Assembly (NCBI RefSeq): GCF_001724605.1
Contig: NZ_MEEX01000001.1
Span: 132,295-196,294, forward strand
Origin: Phenylobacterium sp. SCN 70-31
Lineage (GTDB): Bacteria; Pseudomonadota; Alphaproteobacteria; Caulobacterales; Caulobacteraceae
DNA: 64,000 bases
Direction of reading: 5' to 3'
Under the pieces are notes generated by a model. It saw nothing but the letters and a program-made list of their open reading frames with translations, had not been told where the DNA came from and did not search any database. Both the position numbers and the translations under genes were made by a program. This document shows, piece after piece, positions 1-8,314 of the stretch (positions within the stretch are counted from its first letter, which is position 1; each line of letters opens with the position of its first letter).

Positions 1-87
1 ACGGATCGACGACAGGAGGCCTACTGAGGCCTTCGGAACGCAGGTACACGGCACTCTCCCCGATCCGGCGGACCCAGTTCGGACAAG

Positions 88-121
88 CACGAGAGTTTCA
101 CATCCGAAGGCTGTAGAAAAG
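88..121 (+). repeat. Copy 1 of a conserved 34-bp box (CACGAGagTTTCACATCCgaaggcTGTAGAaAAG) upstream of the response-regulator gene
   Basis: Near-identical to 1773..1806 (CACGAGcaTTTCACATCCtgcaggTGTAGAgAAG), in the same orientation. It is quasi-dyad (ACATCC..GGnTGT) and lies in non-coding DNA. Confidence 0.6.
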
Positions 122-266
122 CCCGCTACGCCCTCGAATTGACGACCCGCGACGGTTGGCGGAGGCCATACCGTATTCGTCCCAGGGTGAAGTCCAGCGG
201 GCTTCGCGGCAGGTTCCCACGCCCTTGCCTCGGCCACCCGAAGGCCCCGGACACGCCGCATACGAC

Positions 267-638
267 ATGACTTCCGCCGATCAAGAACTGGTCCATATCG
301 TCGACGACGACGAGGCTGTGCGGGATTCGCTGGCCATCCTGCTGCGCACGCACGGCTATCGCGTGGTCACGCACGCCTCGTCCCGCCTGTTCGCACAGAC
401 TGCGGCCGATCTCGAACTCGGCTGCATCGTGACCGATGTCCAGATGCCCGACATGGACGGCCTGGAGATGCTTCAGGCCCTGCTCGACGCCGGCGTGACC
501 TGGCCCGCCGTGGTCATCACCGGCCGTGGGACGCCCCATATCGCGGACGCCGCCGCACGCCTGGGCGCGATTTTCGTCGAGAAGCCGTTCAGCCTGGACC
601 AGATCGTGGCGGCCCTCTCCCGCGCTCGGTGCGGCTAG
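267..638 (+). CDS. Single-domain response regulator (receiver only, FixJ/CheY-like, no output domain)
   Basis: Receiver signatures are present: acidic pocket IVDDDE, phospho-acceptor region IVTDVQMPDMDG, VVITG, and EKPF. There is no HTH. ATG 267 sits just before the DDD pocket. The ORF-track TTG at 156 is an alternative start. Confidence 0.85.
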   Translation: MTSADQELVHIVDDDEAVRDSLAILLRTHGYRVVTHASSRLFAQTAADLELGCIVTDVQMPDMDGLEMLQALLDAGVTWPAVVITGRGTPHIADAAARLGAIFVEKPFSLDQIVAALSRARCG

Positions 639-643
639 GACCC

Positions 644-1729
644 TCAGGAGCCACCGGCCGACGCCTGCGCGGGCTGGAGGAAGAAGCGGAAGATCGCCCC
701 GCCGACCGGGTTGGGATCGGCCGAGATGCGGCCGCCGTGCGCCTCGACGATGGTGCGCGACATCGCCAGGCCGACACCCATCCCCTCGGCCTTGTCGGTG
801 GCGAAGGGCTGGAACAGCTTCTCGCGCATGGTGGACGAGACGCCGGGTCCGCGATCGGCCACGTAGCATTCGACCAGGCCCTCCGCCGTCAGCGCGCTGC
901 CGATGCGCAGCTCGCGCTGGGGCGAGCCGGCCATCGCCTCGGCGGCGTTGCGGACGAGATTGACCATCACCTGCTGGATCTGGATGCGATCGACCATCAC
1001 CCGGTCGGCGTCGCGGTCGAAGGCGTAGCGCACGGAGACGGGCTCGCGCGCCGAGGGGGACAAGGCGATCTCGGCGGCCTCCTCGAACATGGCGCTCAGG
1101 GATTCCGGCGCCAGTTGCAGGTCATCCCCCGCGAGGCGGCGCCGGACGCCGCCGATGATGCCGCGCGACCGATCGATCTGGCCCACGATCTTGTCGAGCA
1201 GGCCGGCGACATCCTCGGCCGCCGCGGGATTGTTCCGGACCAGGTACTGGGCGGCCCCGGCGTAGTTCGCGATCGCGGTGAGAGGCTGGTTGAGTTCGTG
1301 CGCCAGCGCACCGGCCAGTTCGCCCATGGCGTTCAGCCGTCCCGTACGGTTGAGACGCTCGGTCATGTCGGCGAGCAGCCGCTGATCCGCCTGCCGTCGG
1401 CGTTTCATGCGGTGATAGATCTCAGCCGGGACGATCAGGATCAGCGAGAAGAGCGCATAGAAAGCCAGGCCGGTGAAGCCGATGCCGGACTTGCCGCCCG
1501 ACACCAGAATGTACTGCCCGATGGCGAGGCCGACGGCGCTGGCGACCGTCGCCGGCCCGAAGCCGCCGACCCAGGCCGCGACGAGCACGCCCAGCCACAC
1601 GAGCGCGAACGGCATCTCGCCGTCCGGCACGCCCGTGAACGCCAGACGGAGCGAGATGATGAAGACACCCAGGACGGTCGCGACGACCTCCCGGGGAAGC
1701 CAGCGGAACACGCGCATGACCGAGGTCAC
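644..1729 (-). CDS. Membrane sensor histidine kinase (HisKA + HATPase_c)
   Basis: Hydrophobic multi-TM N-terminus. H-box LAHELNQPLTAI, N-box NLVRNAAEAM, G-boxes DRGPGV and GMGVGLAMS. Convergent with the receiver gene, 5 nt apart. Confidence 0.9.
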   Translation of the reverse strand: MTSVMRVFRWLPREVVATVLGVFIISLRLAFTGVPDGEMPFALVWLGVLVAAWVGGFGPATVASAVGLAIGQYILVSGGKSGIGFTGLAFYALFSLILIVPAEIYHRMKRRRQADQRLLADMTERLNRTGRLNAMGELAGALAHELNQPLTAIANYAGAAQYLVRNNPAAAEDVAGLLDKIVGQIDRSRGIIGGVRRRLAGDDLQLAPESLSAMFEEAAEIALSPSAREPVSVRYAFDRDADRVMVDRIQIQQVMVNLVRNAAEAMAGSPQRELRIGSALTAEGLVECYVADRGPGVSSTMREKLFQPFATDKAEGMGVGLAMSRTIVEAHGGRISADPNPVGGAIFRFFLQPAQASAGGS

Positions 1730-1772
1730 TTCGACCAGCCTTCCCTACCCCAGCGCGAAACACCCGCGGGAT

Positions 1773-1806
1773 CACGAGCATTTCACATCCTGCAGGTGTA
1801 GAGAAG
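1773..1806 (+). repeat. Copy 2 of the conserved 34-bp box, between the kinase start and the ackA stop
   Basis: See 88..121. The core is TTTCACATCC-N6-TGTAGA-N-AAG and contains the perfect palindrome CCTGCAGG. Confidence 0.6.
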
Positions 1807-1819
1807 GGGCCGAACTAGA

Positions 1820-3013
1820 TCACTGGTTGCACCTCTCGCCCGAACGACTCTCAAGCACCCGCAACGCCGCCTGGGCCACCGCCCGTTCCTCATCCGTGGG
1901 GACGACCAGGACCTCGACCTTGGATGTCGCCGCGGCGATCGTCCCGGCGCCTTCGGCGTTGCGCGCGGGGTCTACGGCCACTCCGAGCCAGCCGGCCGAC
2001 GCGCAGATCCGGGCCCGGATGTCGGGTGCGTTCTCGCCGATGCCGGCGGTGAACACGAGCATGTCGAGGCCGCCCAGCGCCGCGACCAGCGAGCCGATCT
2101 GCCGCGACACCCGGTAGACGAAGAGGTCGATCGCCTCGGCCGCCTCGGGGGCCGGCGAGGCCGAGAGCGTCAGCATGTCGCCCGACAGGCCCGAGACGCC
2201 CAGGAGCCCGGACTCCTGGTAGAGCATGGTGGTCACCTGGTCCGCCGACATCCCGCGATCCTGAATCAGATGGAGGATCACGCCGGGGTCCAGCGAACCG
2301 CTGCGGGTGCTCATCACCAGACCCTCCAGGGCCGAGAAGCCCATGGTTGTGGCGACGCTGCGGCCGTCCCGCATGGCGCAGAGGCTGGCCCCGCTGCCCA
2401 GATGGGCGACGATCGCCCGGCCGCCGCCCGTCGCCGGATCGCGTTGGCGCAGCACCCCGGCGACGTACTCGTAGGACAGCCCGTGGAAGCCGTAGGCCAG
2501 GACGCCGTCGTCCGCCAGGGCGCGCGGCAGGCCATAGAGGCGCTCCAGCCGCGGACGGTCGGCGTGGAAGGCGGTGTCGAAACAGCCCACCTGGGGCACG
2601 TCGGGAAACCGCAGCGCCGCGGCCTCGACGATGTCGAGGTTGTAGGGCTGGTGCAGCGGGGCCAGCGGCGTCAGGCGACGGAGGTCGGCCAGCACCGCGC
2701 CGTCCAGCCGACAGGGGCGGGTGTAGGTCCGCCCCCCGTGGACGATCCGGTGGCCGATGGCGTCCAGGCCGGCCAGATGGCCTCTTTCCGCCAGGGCGTC
2801 GAACACGATCTCGGCGGCGGCGGTCGCGGGCATGGGCCCGGGCAGCGCGCGGTCGAGCTCGACCGCCTCCCCGACCCGGATGCGAAGCCGCGCCTCGGAG
2901 CCGCCCAGGCGGGTGGCCGCGCCCTTGAGACGGAGCAAGGTCTCGGGCCCAGCCTCGTACAGCGCGAACTTGAGGCTGGACGAGCCCGCATTCAGAACCA
3001 GGACGCCGCTCAC
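1820..3013 (-). CDS. ackA: Acetate (propionate) kinase
   Basis: VLVLNAGSSSLKF N-terminal signature, HLGSGASLCA, FTAGIGEN. I prefer the GTG at 3013 because it overlaps the pta stop as GTGA. The track start at 3064 adds a Gly/Ala-rich extension. Confidence 0.9.
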   Translation of the reverse strand: MSGVLVLNAGSSSLKFALYEAGPETLLRLKGAATRLGGSEARLRIRVGEAVELDRALPGPMPATAAAEIVFDALAERGHLAGLDAIGHRIVHGGRTYTRPCRLDGAVLADLRRLTPLAPLHQPYNLDIVEAAALRFPDVPQVGCFDTAFHADRPRLERLYGLPRALADDGVLAYGFHGLSYEYVAGVLRQRDPATGGGRAIVAHLGSGASLCAMRDGRSVATTMGFSALEGLVMSTRSGSLDPGVILHLIQDRGMSADQVTTMLYQESGLLGVSGLSGDMLTLSASPAPEAAEAIDLFVYRVSRQIGSLVAALGGLDMLVFTAGIGENAPDIRARICASAGWLGVAVDPARNAEGAGTIAAATSKVEVLVVPTDEERAVAQAALRVLESRSGERCNQ

Positions 3014-3993
3014 CGCGCCGGCTTCGACCGCTGATGCTGCGCCACCAGCATGGCCGCCGCGCACGACGCCAGACGCGATAGGCGGCCGTCGGCGCGGCTG
3101 GTCAGGATGATCGGCACGCGCGCGCCCATCACCAGGCCGGCCGACTGGGCGTTGCCGAGGTAGGCAAGTTGCTTGGCCATCATGTTGCCGGCCTCCAGGT
3201 CGGGGGCGATGAGGATGTCGGCCCGGCCGGCGACCTCCGAGGCGATGCCCTTGGTCCGCGCCGCCTCTTCCGAGATGGCGTTGTCGAAGGCCAGCGGACC
3301 GTCCACGAGGCCGCCGACGATCTGCCCCCGGTCGGCCATCTTGGCGAGGGCCGCAGCGTCGAGGGTCGCGGGCATGCTGGGATGCACCGTCTCGACCGCG
3401 GCCAGCACCGCCACGCGCGGCCGCTCGACGCCCAGGGCCAGCGCGCAGTCGATGGCGTTCTGGACGATGTCCTTCTTGATGGCGAGGTCGGGCGCGATGT
3501 TGATGGCCGCGTCGCTCACGAACAGCGGGCGCGGATAGGTCGGCACGTCCAGGATGAAGACGTGGCTCATCCGGCGGTCGGTCCTGAGGCCGGTCTGGGG
3601 GTGGACCGTGGCCTCGAGCAGTTCGTCGGTGTGGAGGCTGCCCTTCATCAGGGCCGCCACCTCGCCCACGCGGGCCAGGCGGCAGGCCTCCGCAGCGGCG
3701 GCGTGGCTGTGCTCCACGTCCACGATCCGGGTGTCGCCCAGGTCCTCTCCGGCTTCGCCGGCCGCGGCCAGGATCCGCGCCTTCGGACCCACGAGGACCG
3801 GCGAGATCAGTCCCAGCCGCGCCGCCTCCAACGCGCCGGACAGCGAGACGGGGTCACAGGGGTGCACCACGGCGGTGGGCGCAGCCGTTCGGGCGCGACC
3901 CAGCGCCAGCAGCCGCTCGAGCTGGGAGTCGGGGTCGCTGGCCCCCGTACCGACCCCAGCGGCGGAAGCCTCGGCCACGGACGCGCCGCTCAC
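3010..3993 (-). CDS. pta: Phosphate acetyl/butyryl-transferase
   Basis: VVHPCDPVSL, MKGSLHTDELL, ILIAPDLEAGNMMAK. The start was trimmed to the GTG at 3993, which overlaps the ATPase stop (GTGA). The upstream part of track ORF 3010..4395 is Arg/Gly/Pro shadow sequence. Confidence 0.85.
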   Translation of the reverse strand: MSGASVAEASAAGVGTGASDPDSQLERLLALGRARTAAPTAVVHPCDPVSLSGALEAARLGLISPVLVGPKARILAAAGEAGEDLGDTRIVDVEHSHAAAAEACRLARVGEVAALMKGSLHTDELLEATVHPQTGLRTDRRMSHVFILDVPTYPRPLFVSDAAINIAPDLAIKKDIVQNAIDCALALGVERPRVAVLAAVETVHPSMPATLDAAALAKMADRGQIVGGLVDGPLAFDNAISEEAARTKGIASEVAGRADILIAPDLEAGNMMAKQLAYLGNAQSAGLVMGARVPIILTSRADGRLSRLASCAAAMLVAQHQRSKPAR

Positions 3994-6698
3994 GCGAGGT
4001 CCTCGAACCACCGGAGACGCCGCATCACCGCCTTCTCCACCTCCAGCAGGAGCATGAGCCCTACGCCCACGGCGACGATCAGGGCCCCGTCGGCGAGGCT
4101 CAGGGGGCGGGTGTCGAATATGGCCTGCATGAAGGGAGCATAGGTGAAGAGGAGCTGCGCCGCGACCAGGACGACGATGGCGAGGTTGACTGCCGGGGTC
4201 CCGAGCGCGCCCCGCCAGCTCAGCGAGCCGGATCGGAGATAGCGTACGTTGAAGAGATAGAAGATCTCGCCGACGACGAACATGTTCACCACCATCGTCC
4301 GGGCGGTCTCCACGCTGTCGCCCCGACCCAGCGCGTGGAAGAAGATTCCCAGGGCCGCGCCGGCCAGCAGCGCCGACACCAGGACCACCCGCCACAGCAG
4401 GAACGGCGACAACAGGGGGGCGTCGGGCGCGCGGGGCGGGCGCTGCATGACCCCGGGCTCCGGCGGCTCGAAGGCCAACACCAGCCCCAGGGTCGCCCCG
4501 AGGACGAGATTCACCCAGAGGATCTGGGTGGCCGACATCGGCAGGGCGAAGCCCGCCAGGATCGCCAGGACTACCGCGACCGTCTCGCCGCCGTTGGTGG
4601 GGATGGTCCAGGAGATCACCTTGCGGATGTTGTCGTGGACGGTGCGCCCCTCGCGCACGGCCGCGACGATCGAGGCGAAGTTGTCGTCGAGCAGGACCAT
4701 CTCGGCCGCCTGCTTCGAGGTCTCGGCGCCCTTGATCCCCATGGCGGCGCCCACGTCGGCCTGCTTGAGGGACGGCGCATCGTTCACCCCGTCGCCGGTC
4801 ATGGCCACGATGCGGCCGTTGGCCTGGAGCGCACGCACGATCCTGAGCTTGTTCTCGGGGCTGGCGCGGGCGAACACCGACACGCCCTCGACCGTCGCGC
4901 GCAGTTCGTCATCGGTCAGCGCGTCGACCTGGACGCCGGTCGCCACCTTCGGATCGTCGGCGATGTCGAGCTGGCGGGCGATGGCCGCCGCCGTACCGGC
5001 GTGGTCGCCGGTGATCATCTTCACGGCCACGCGGGCGGCCCGGCATTCGGCGATGGCGGCCTTGGCCTCGGCCCGCGGCGGATCGATGAAGCCGACCAGG
5101 CCCAGCAGCTCCACGCCGTCTTCCAGGTCGGCGAAGTCCAGGCTCGCGGTCCCGGGCGCAAGGATCTTCACGCCGAAGGCCAGCACGCGCTCGCCTTCGG
5201 CCGCGGCTTCGTCGATGCGGGCGTTCCAGTCGGGGGCGGCGGCCGACGGCCGGGCGCGCGCAAGCAGCGCCTCGGCGGCGCCCTTCACGAACACCACCGA
5301 CTCGCCGTCGGGGCTGCGGTGCAGGGTGGCCATGAACCGGTAGGCCGCATCGAAAGGGATGGCGTCGAGACGCGGCCATTCCGAACGCACGTGGCCCGGG
5401 TCCAGCCCGGCCTTGAGCGCGAGCGCGACCAGCGCGCCCTCCATCGGATCGCCCATCACCTGCCACCCCGCCTCGGCCTGGAGCAGGTCGGCGTCGTTGC
5501 AGAGGAGGCCGCAGCGGAAGACCCCGGCGCAGGCCGCCACCGCGGCGACATCGTCGGCCGAGTCGGACCGCAGGGCGCCCTGCGGCGCATAGCCCGCCCC
5601 CTCGGCCAGCACCCGATGCGACGGTGTCATGATCCGGCGGGCGGTCATCTCGTTGCGGGTGAGCGTTCCGGTCTTGTCTGTGCAGATGACCGAGGTGGCG
5701 CCCAGGGTCTCCACCGCCGGCAGCTTGCGGATGACCGCGTTGCGCGCCGCCATCCGCCGCACCCCGATCGCCAGGGTGATGGTGATGACGGCGGGCAGGC
5801 CCTCCGGCACGACGCCCACCGCCAGCGCGACTACGGCGATGAGCGCCTCGACCCAGTCGTAGCCGCGCGCCAGGACGGCGAAGGCGAACAGCGCCGCGCC
5901 CCCCAGCAGGACGAAGCCGGTGAAGCGCCGGGCGAAAGCGTCGATCTGGCGCAGCAACGGCGTACTGAGCGCGGTCACCGACTGGAGCATCGAGCTGATG
6001 CGGCCGATCTGGGTGGCCACCCCGGTCTCGACCACCACGCCCGCGCCCTGACCGGCCGCCACGAGGCAGCCCGAGTAGGCCATGCTGCTCCGCTCGGCGA
6101 GAGGAGCGGCCGCCGCAACCGGCGCGTCGTGCTTCTCGGCTGCAAGGGATTCGCCCGTCAGCAGGGCCTCGTCGATCAGCAGGCGGCGGGCGCGGATCAG
6201 TCGCAGGTCGGCGGGGACGCGGTCGCCCGCCTCCAGCAGCACGATGTCGCCGCGCACGAGTTCGCGGACGGGCAATTGCAGGCGTCGCCCGTCCCGCACG
6301 ACGGCGGCGACGGGCGCGATCAGATCGCCGATGGCGTCCAGGGCCCGCTCGGCCCGCCCCTCTTGGATAAACCCGACGATGGCGTTGACGATCACCACCG
6401 CCACGATCACCGCCGCATCCACGGCATGGCCCAGAACCGCCGCCGCCAGCGCCGCCGTCAGCAGGAAGTAGATCAGGACGTTGTTGAACTGGGCCAGGAA
6501 GCGCCGCAGCGCCGAACGGCCCCGGGCCTTCGGGAGTTCGTTGGGCCCCTGCGCGTCGAGGCGCCGCGCCGCTTCCGAGCCGTCCAGGCCGTCGGGATGT
6601 CCGCCCAGCGCCGCGAGGACGTCCTCCACGGGAAGCTGGTGCCACGGCGCAGGCTCGACGCGCGTCGTCTGGGGGGACGCAGTCTCAGGGGCGGCCAT
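3990..6698 (-). CDS. Cation-transporting P-type ATPase (P2-like)
   Basis: TGES (LTGESLAAEK), phosphorylation motif ICTDKTGTLT, hinge MTGDGVNDAPSLKQADVG, and multiple TM helices. 902 aa. Confidence 0.93.
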   Translation of the reverse strand: MAAPETASPQTTRVEPAPWHQLPVEDVLAALGGHPDGLDGSEAARRLDAQGPNELPKARGRSALRRFLAQFNNVLIYFLLTAALAAAVLGHAVDAAVIVAVVIVNAIVGFIQEGRAERALDAIGDLIAPVAAVVRDGRRLQLPVRELVRGDIVLLEAGDRVPADLRLIRARRLLIDEALLTGESLAAEKHDAPVAAAAPLAERSSMAYSGCLVAAGQGAGVVVETGVATQIGRISSMLQSVTALSTPLLRQIDAFARRFTGFVLLGGAALFAFAVLARGYDWVEALIAVVALAVGVVPEGLPAVITITLAIGVRRMAARNAVIRKLPAVETLGATSVICTDKTGTLTRNEMTARRIMTPSHRVLAEGAGYAPQGALRSDSADDVAAVAACAGVFRCGLLCNDADLLQAEAGWQVMGDPMEGALVALALKAGLDPGHVRSEWPRLDAIPFDAAYRFMATLHRSPDGESVVFVKGAAEALLARARPSAAAPDWNARIDEAAAEGERVLAFGVKILAPGTASLDFADLEDGVELLGLVGFIDPPRAEAKAAIAECRAARVAVKMITGDHAGTAAAIARQLDIADDPKVATGVQVDALTDDELRATVEGVSVFARASPENKLRIVRALQANGRIVAMTGDGVNDAPSLKQADVGAAMGIKGAETSKQAAEMVLLDDNFASIVAAVREGRTVHDNIRKVISWTIPTNGGETVAVVLAILAGFALPMSATQILWVNLVLGATLGLVLAFEPPEPGVMQRPPRAPDAPLLSPFLLWRVVLVSALLAGAALGIFFHALGRGDSVETARTMVVNMFVVGEIFYLFNVRYLRSGSLSWRGALGTPAVNLAIVVLVAAQLLFTYAPFMQAIFDTRPLSLADGALIVAVGVGLMLLLEVEKAVMRRLRWFEDLA

Positions 6699-6743
6699 CG
6701 ACAGGCGTCCTCCAGAGTCGACGGGGAAAAGGGATTGTGATCT

Positions 6744-7640
6744 TCACCGCACCGAGCGGGGATCGCGGACCAGCAGGACGTCACCGGGCGCCGCCTCGAG
6801 GATGCGCTTCGCCGTACTGCCGATCAGCGCCTCGAACACGGCGCCGCGACCATGACTGCCCAGAACCACCAGATCGGCTGGACGGTCGCGCATGTAGGCC
6901 CCGATCAGGGCCTCGGGGCGTCCGTGCTCCACCAGGACCCGAAGGCGCCGCCGCTGTTCCGGAGAAAGGGGAGAAGCGGCGACGAACTCGTCGCTGGCCT
7001 TCTGCTCCATGCTGCGGATCTGCTTGCCGAAATCGTCGCTGTCGAGATGGAGGGCGAAGGGTGTCTCATAGGCGTGGAGAAGCGTCAGGGGCGAATCCGG
7101 GAAGAACGCCGCCGCCGCGTCCAGCGCATGCCGCGAGGAGTCCGAAAAGTCGGTGGCCACCAGGATCTCGCCATAGGGCCGCACCCGGTTCTGGACCACC
7201 AGCACGGGGACCCGCGTCCGGCGGAGCAGCCGCTCCACCGTGGCACCCAGGAAGAAGCGGCCGAACGTCTCGTTTCGCGCCACGCCGGTGACGATCAGGT
7301 CCGCGCCGGTCTCGGACGCCACGGCGTCGATGGTCTCGGCGGTCGGCCCCTCCTCCACGCGCACCTCGAGGCCCGGCAGATCGGCGGCCAGATCGCGGCG
7401 GAGCTGGGCCGCGATCGCCGGCGCCCGGTCCGGCGGACGGCGCCAGGACGGGAGGTCCTCGAGGCGACGTTGAGTCAGGGCGTCCGGCGCGGCGTCGAGG
7501 ACATGGAGCGCCACCACGGGGCATCCCCACATTCCGGCCAACTGGGCGGCGCGATCCAGGGCCCGATCGCATCGGCTGCTCAGGTCCGTGGCGAGGAGGA
7601 TCTTTCGCGGAGGCCCCTGTCTCCAAGTCGGCTCGGACAT
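6744..7640 (-). CDS. Universal stress protein with tandem UspA domains
   Basis: Two Usp repeats: ILLATDLSS...LIVTG and ILVATDFSD...VVLGSHGRGA...GSTA. ATG 7640 is preferred. The GTG at 7652 is an alternative start. Confidence 0.88.
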   Translation of the reverse strand: MSEPTWRQGPPRKILLATDLSSRCDRALDRAAQLAGMWGCPVVALHVLDAAPDALTQRRLEDLPSWRRPPDRAPAIAAQLRRDLAADLPGLEVRVEEGPTAETIDAVASETGADLIVTGVARNETFGRFFLGATVERLLRRTRVPVLVVQNRVRPYGEILVATDFSDSSRHALDAAAAFFPDSPLTLLHAYETPFALHLDSDDFGKQIRSMEQKASDEFVAASPLSPEQRRRLRVLVEHGRPEALIGAYMRDRPADLVVLGSHGRGAVFEALIGSTAKRILEAAPGDVLLVRDPRSVR

Positions 7641-7728
7641 GTTCTCACCCACGCTTCACTCCATTAGACGATGTCCCTGCCGCCAGATGCGGACGGCGGA
7701 AAGGTAACGCGCGAACGGCGGCGGCGGC

Positions 7729-7742
7729 TTGACCTCGCTCAA
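7729..7742. promoter_or_regulatory. CRP/FNR-FixK-type box TTGACCTCGCTCAA (TTGA-N6-TCAA)
   Basis: The two TTGA/TCAA half-sites match exactly. The box lies in the divergent region between usp (minus) and the small ORF at 7796 (plus). Its centre is about 60 bp from ATG 7796 and about 95 bp from ATG 7640. Confidence 0.55.
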
Positions 7743-7795
7743 GTCGCCGGGTGGACGGCGGCGGCACAATGAAGGTCCGGAGCCAGGAGACCGCT

Positions 7796-8104
7796 ATGAT
7801 CGACGCCCCCTCGCCTTCAACGCCTTCGCCTTCCCCGCCTTCGCCTTCCACGGCCACCGCCTCGCCGATGCCGTGGCCGTTCGCGGCCGTCTGGCTGGGA
7901 GACCACCTGATGCGGGACTACGCGCGGTTCTGGGGCCGCATGGCGACGGCAGGCGACCCCGTCGAGGCGGCGCAGGCCGAGGCCACGCTGGGCGCCGACA
8001 TCGTCCGAGACTGGGCGGCCGTCGTGAGCCAGATGTGGCTGCTGCCGATGAGGATCTGGGCGACCTCAGGCCGTGCGGGCGCACCCGGGACACCCGAGGG
8101 CTGA
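7796..8104 (+). CDS. Small hypothetical protein (102 aa) with a Pro/Ser-repeat N-terminus and a Trp-rich C-terminus
   Basis: AGGAGA Shine-Dalgarno 5 nt upstream of ATG 7796. High GC3. I recognise no family. Confidence 0.45.
   Translation: MIDAPSPSTPSPSPPSPSTATASPMPWPFAAVWLGDHLMRDYARFWGRMATAGDPVEAAQAEATLGADIVRDWAAVVSQMWLLPMRIWATSGRAGAPGTPEG
7811..7850 (+). repeat. In-frame short tandem repeat (CGCCTTCGCCTTCC-type units) encoding PSPS(T/P) repeats
   Basis: tcgccttcaa cgccttcgccttccc cgccttcgccttcca, i.e. two 15-bp units plus a partial unit. Confidence 0.6.
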
Positions 8105-8314
8105 TCCCACCGCCGGCCCGGCCCACGCACGTTGAACGCGGGTCCACGACATCGCCCGCGCCACCTCACGTTTCTTTTATTGTGCGAACCCGCCGGTTCG
8201 CCCGACAGGTCCTTGAGAAGGGGCCTTCCGAAAACACCTGCCGAATTCTGGACAGGACGACCCGGACTATGACACGTCCCATCAGGGTTTCACCGCGAGG
8301 GGTCGTTCCGTACC

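Noticed and set aside
1820-3064. Track start codons for ackA (3064), pta (4395), usp (7652), hemerythrin (18025), PhyH-2 (24895), MFS (37284), IclR (42920) and the 51-56 kb operon genes
   Set aside because: The N-terminal extensions are low-complexity Arg/Gly/Pro sequence overlapping upstream genes. Internal ATG/GTG codons give family-typical N-termini and 4-nt coupled overlaps or an RBS, so I report the trimmed coordinates. The longer versions cannot be formally excluded without experimental data.
4335-6740. Long antisense ORFs: 4335..6740+, 8282..10858-, 8563..10761+, 14333..16723+, 13821..15830-, 32457..35516+, 40447..43581+, 55053..57335+, 18964..20946- and similar
   Set aside because: All have extreme Arg/Gly/Pro/Ala/His composition and no recognisable motifs. 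Each lies opposite or out of frame to ORFs with strong family signatures. These are typical high-GC shadow ORFs.
6699-6743. TTGTGATCTTCACC between usp and the ATPase gene as a CRP/FNR site
   Set aside because: The half-site spacing (TGTGA-N3-TCAC) does not fit CRP or FNR/FixK architecture. It also lies inside a 45-nt intra-operon gap.
8184-8201. Hairpin GCGAACC-cgcc-GGTTCGC after the small ORF, considered as a terminator
   Set aside because: The T-rich run (TTTCTTTTATT) lies upstream of the stem on the plus strand and becomes an A-run after the stem on the minus strand. It therefore fits neither orientation of an intrinsic terminator.
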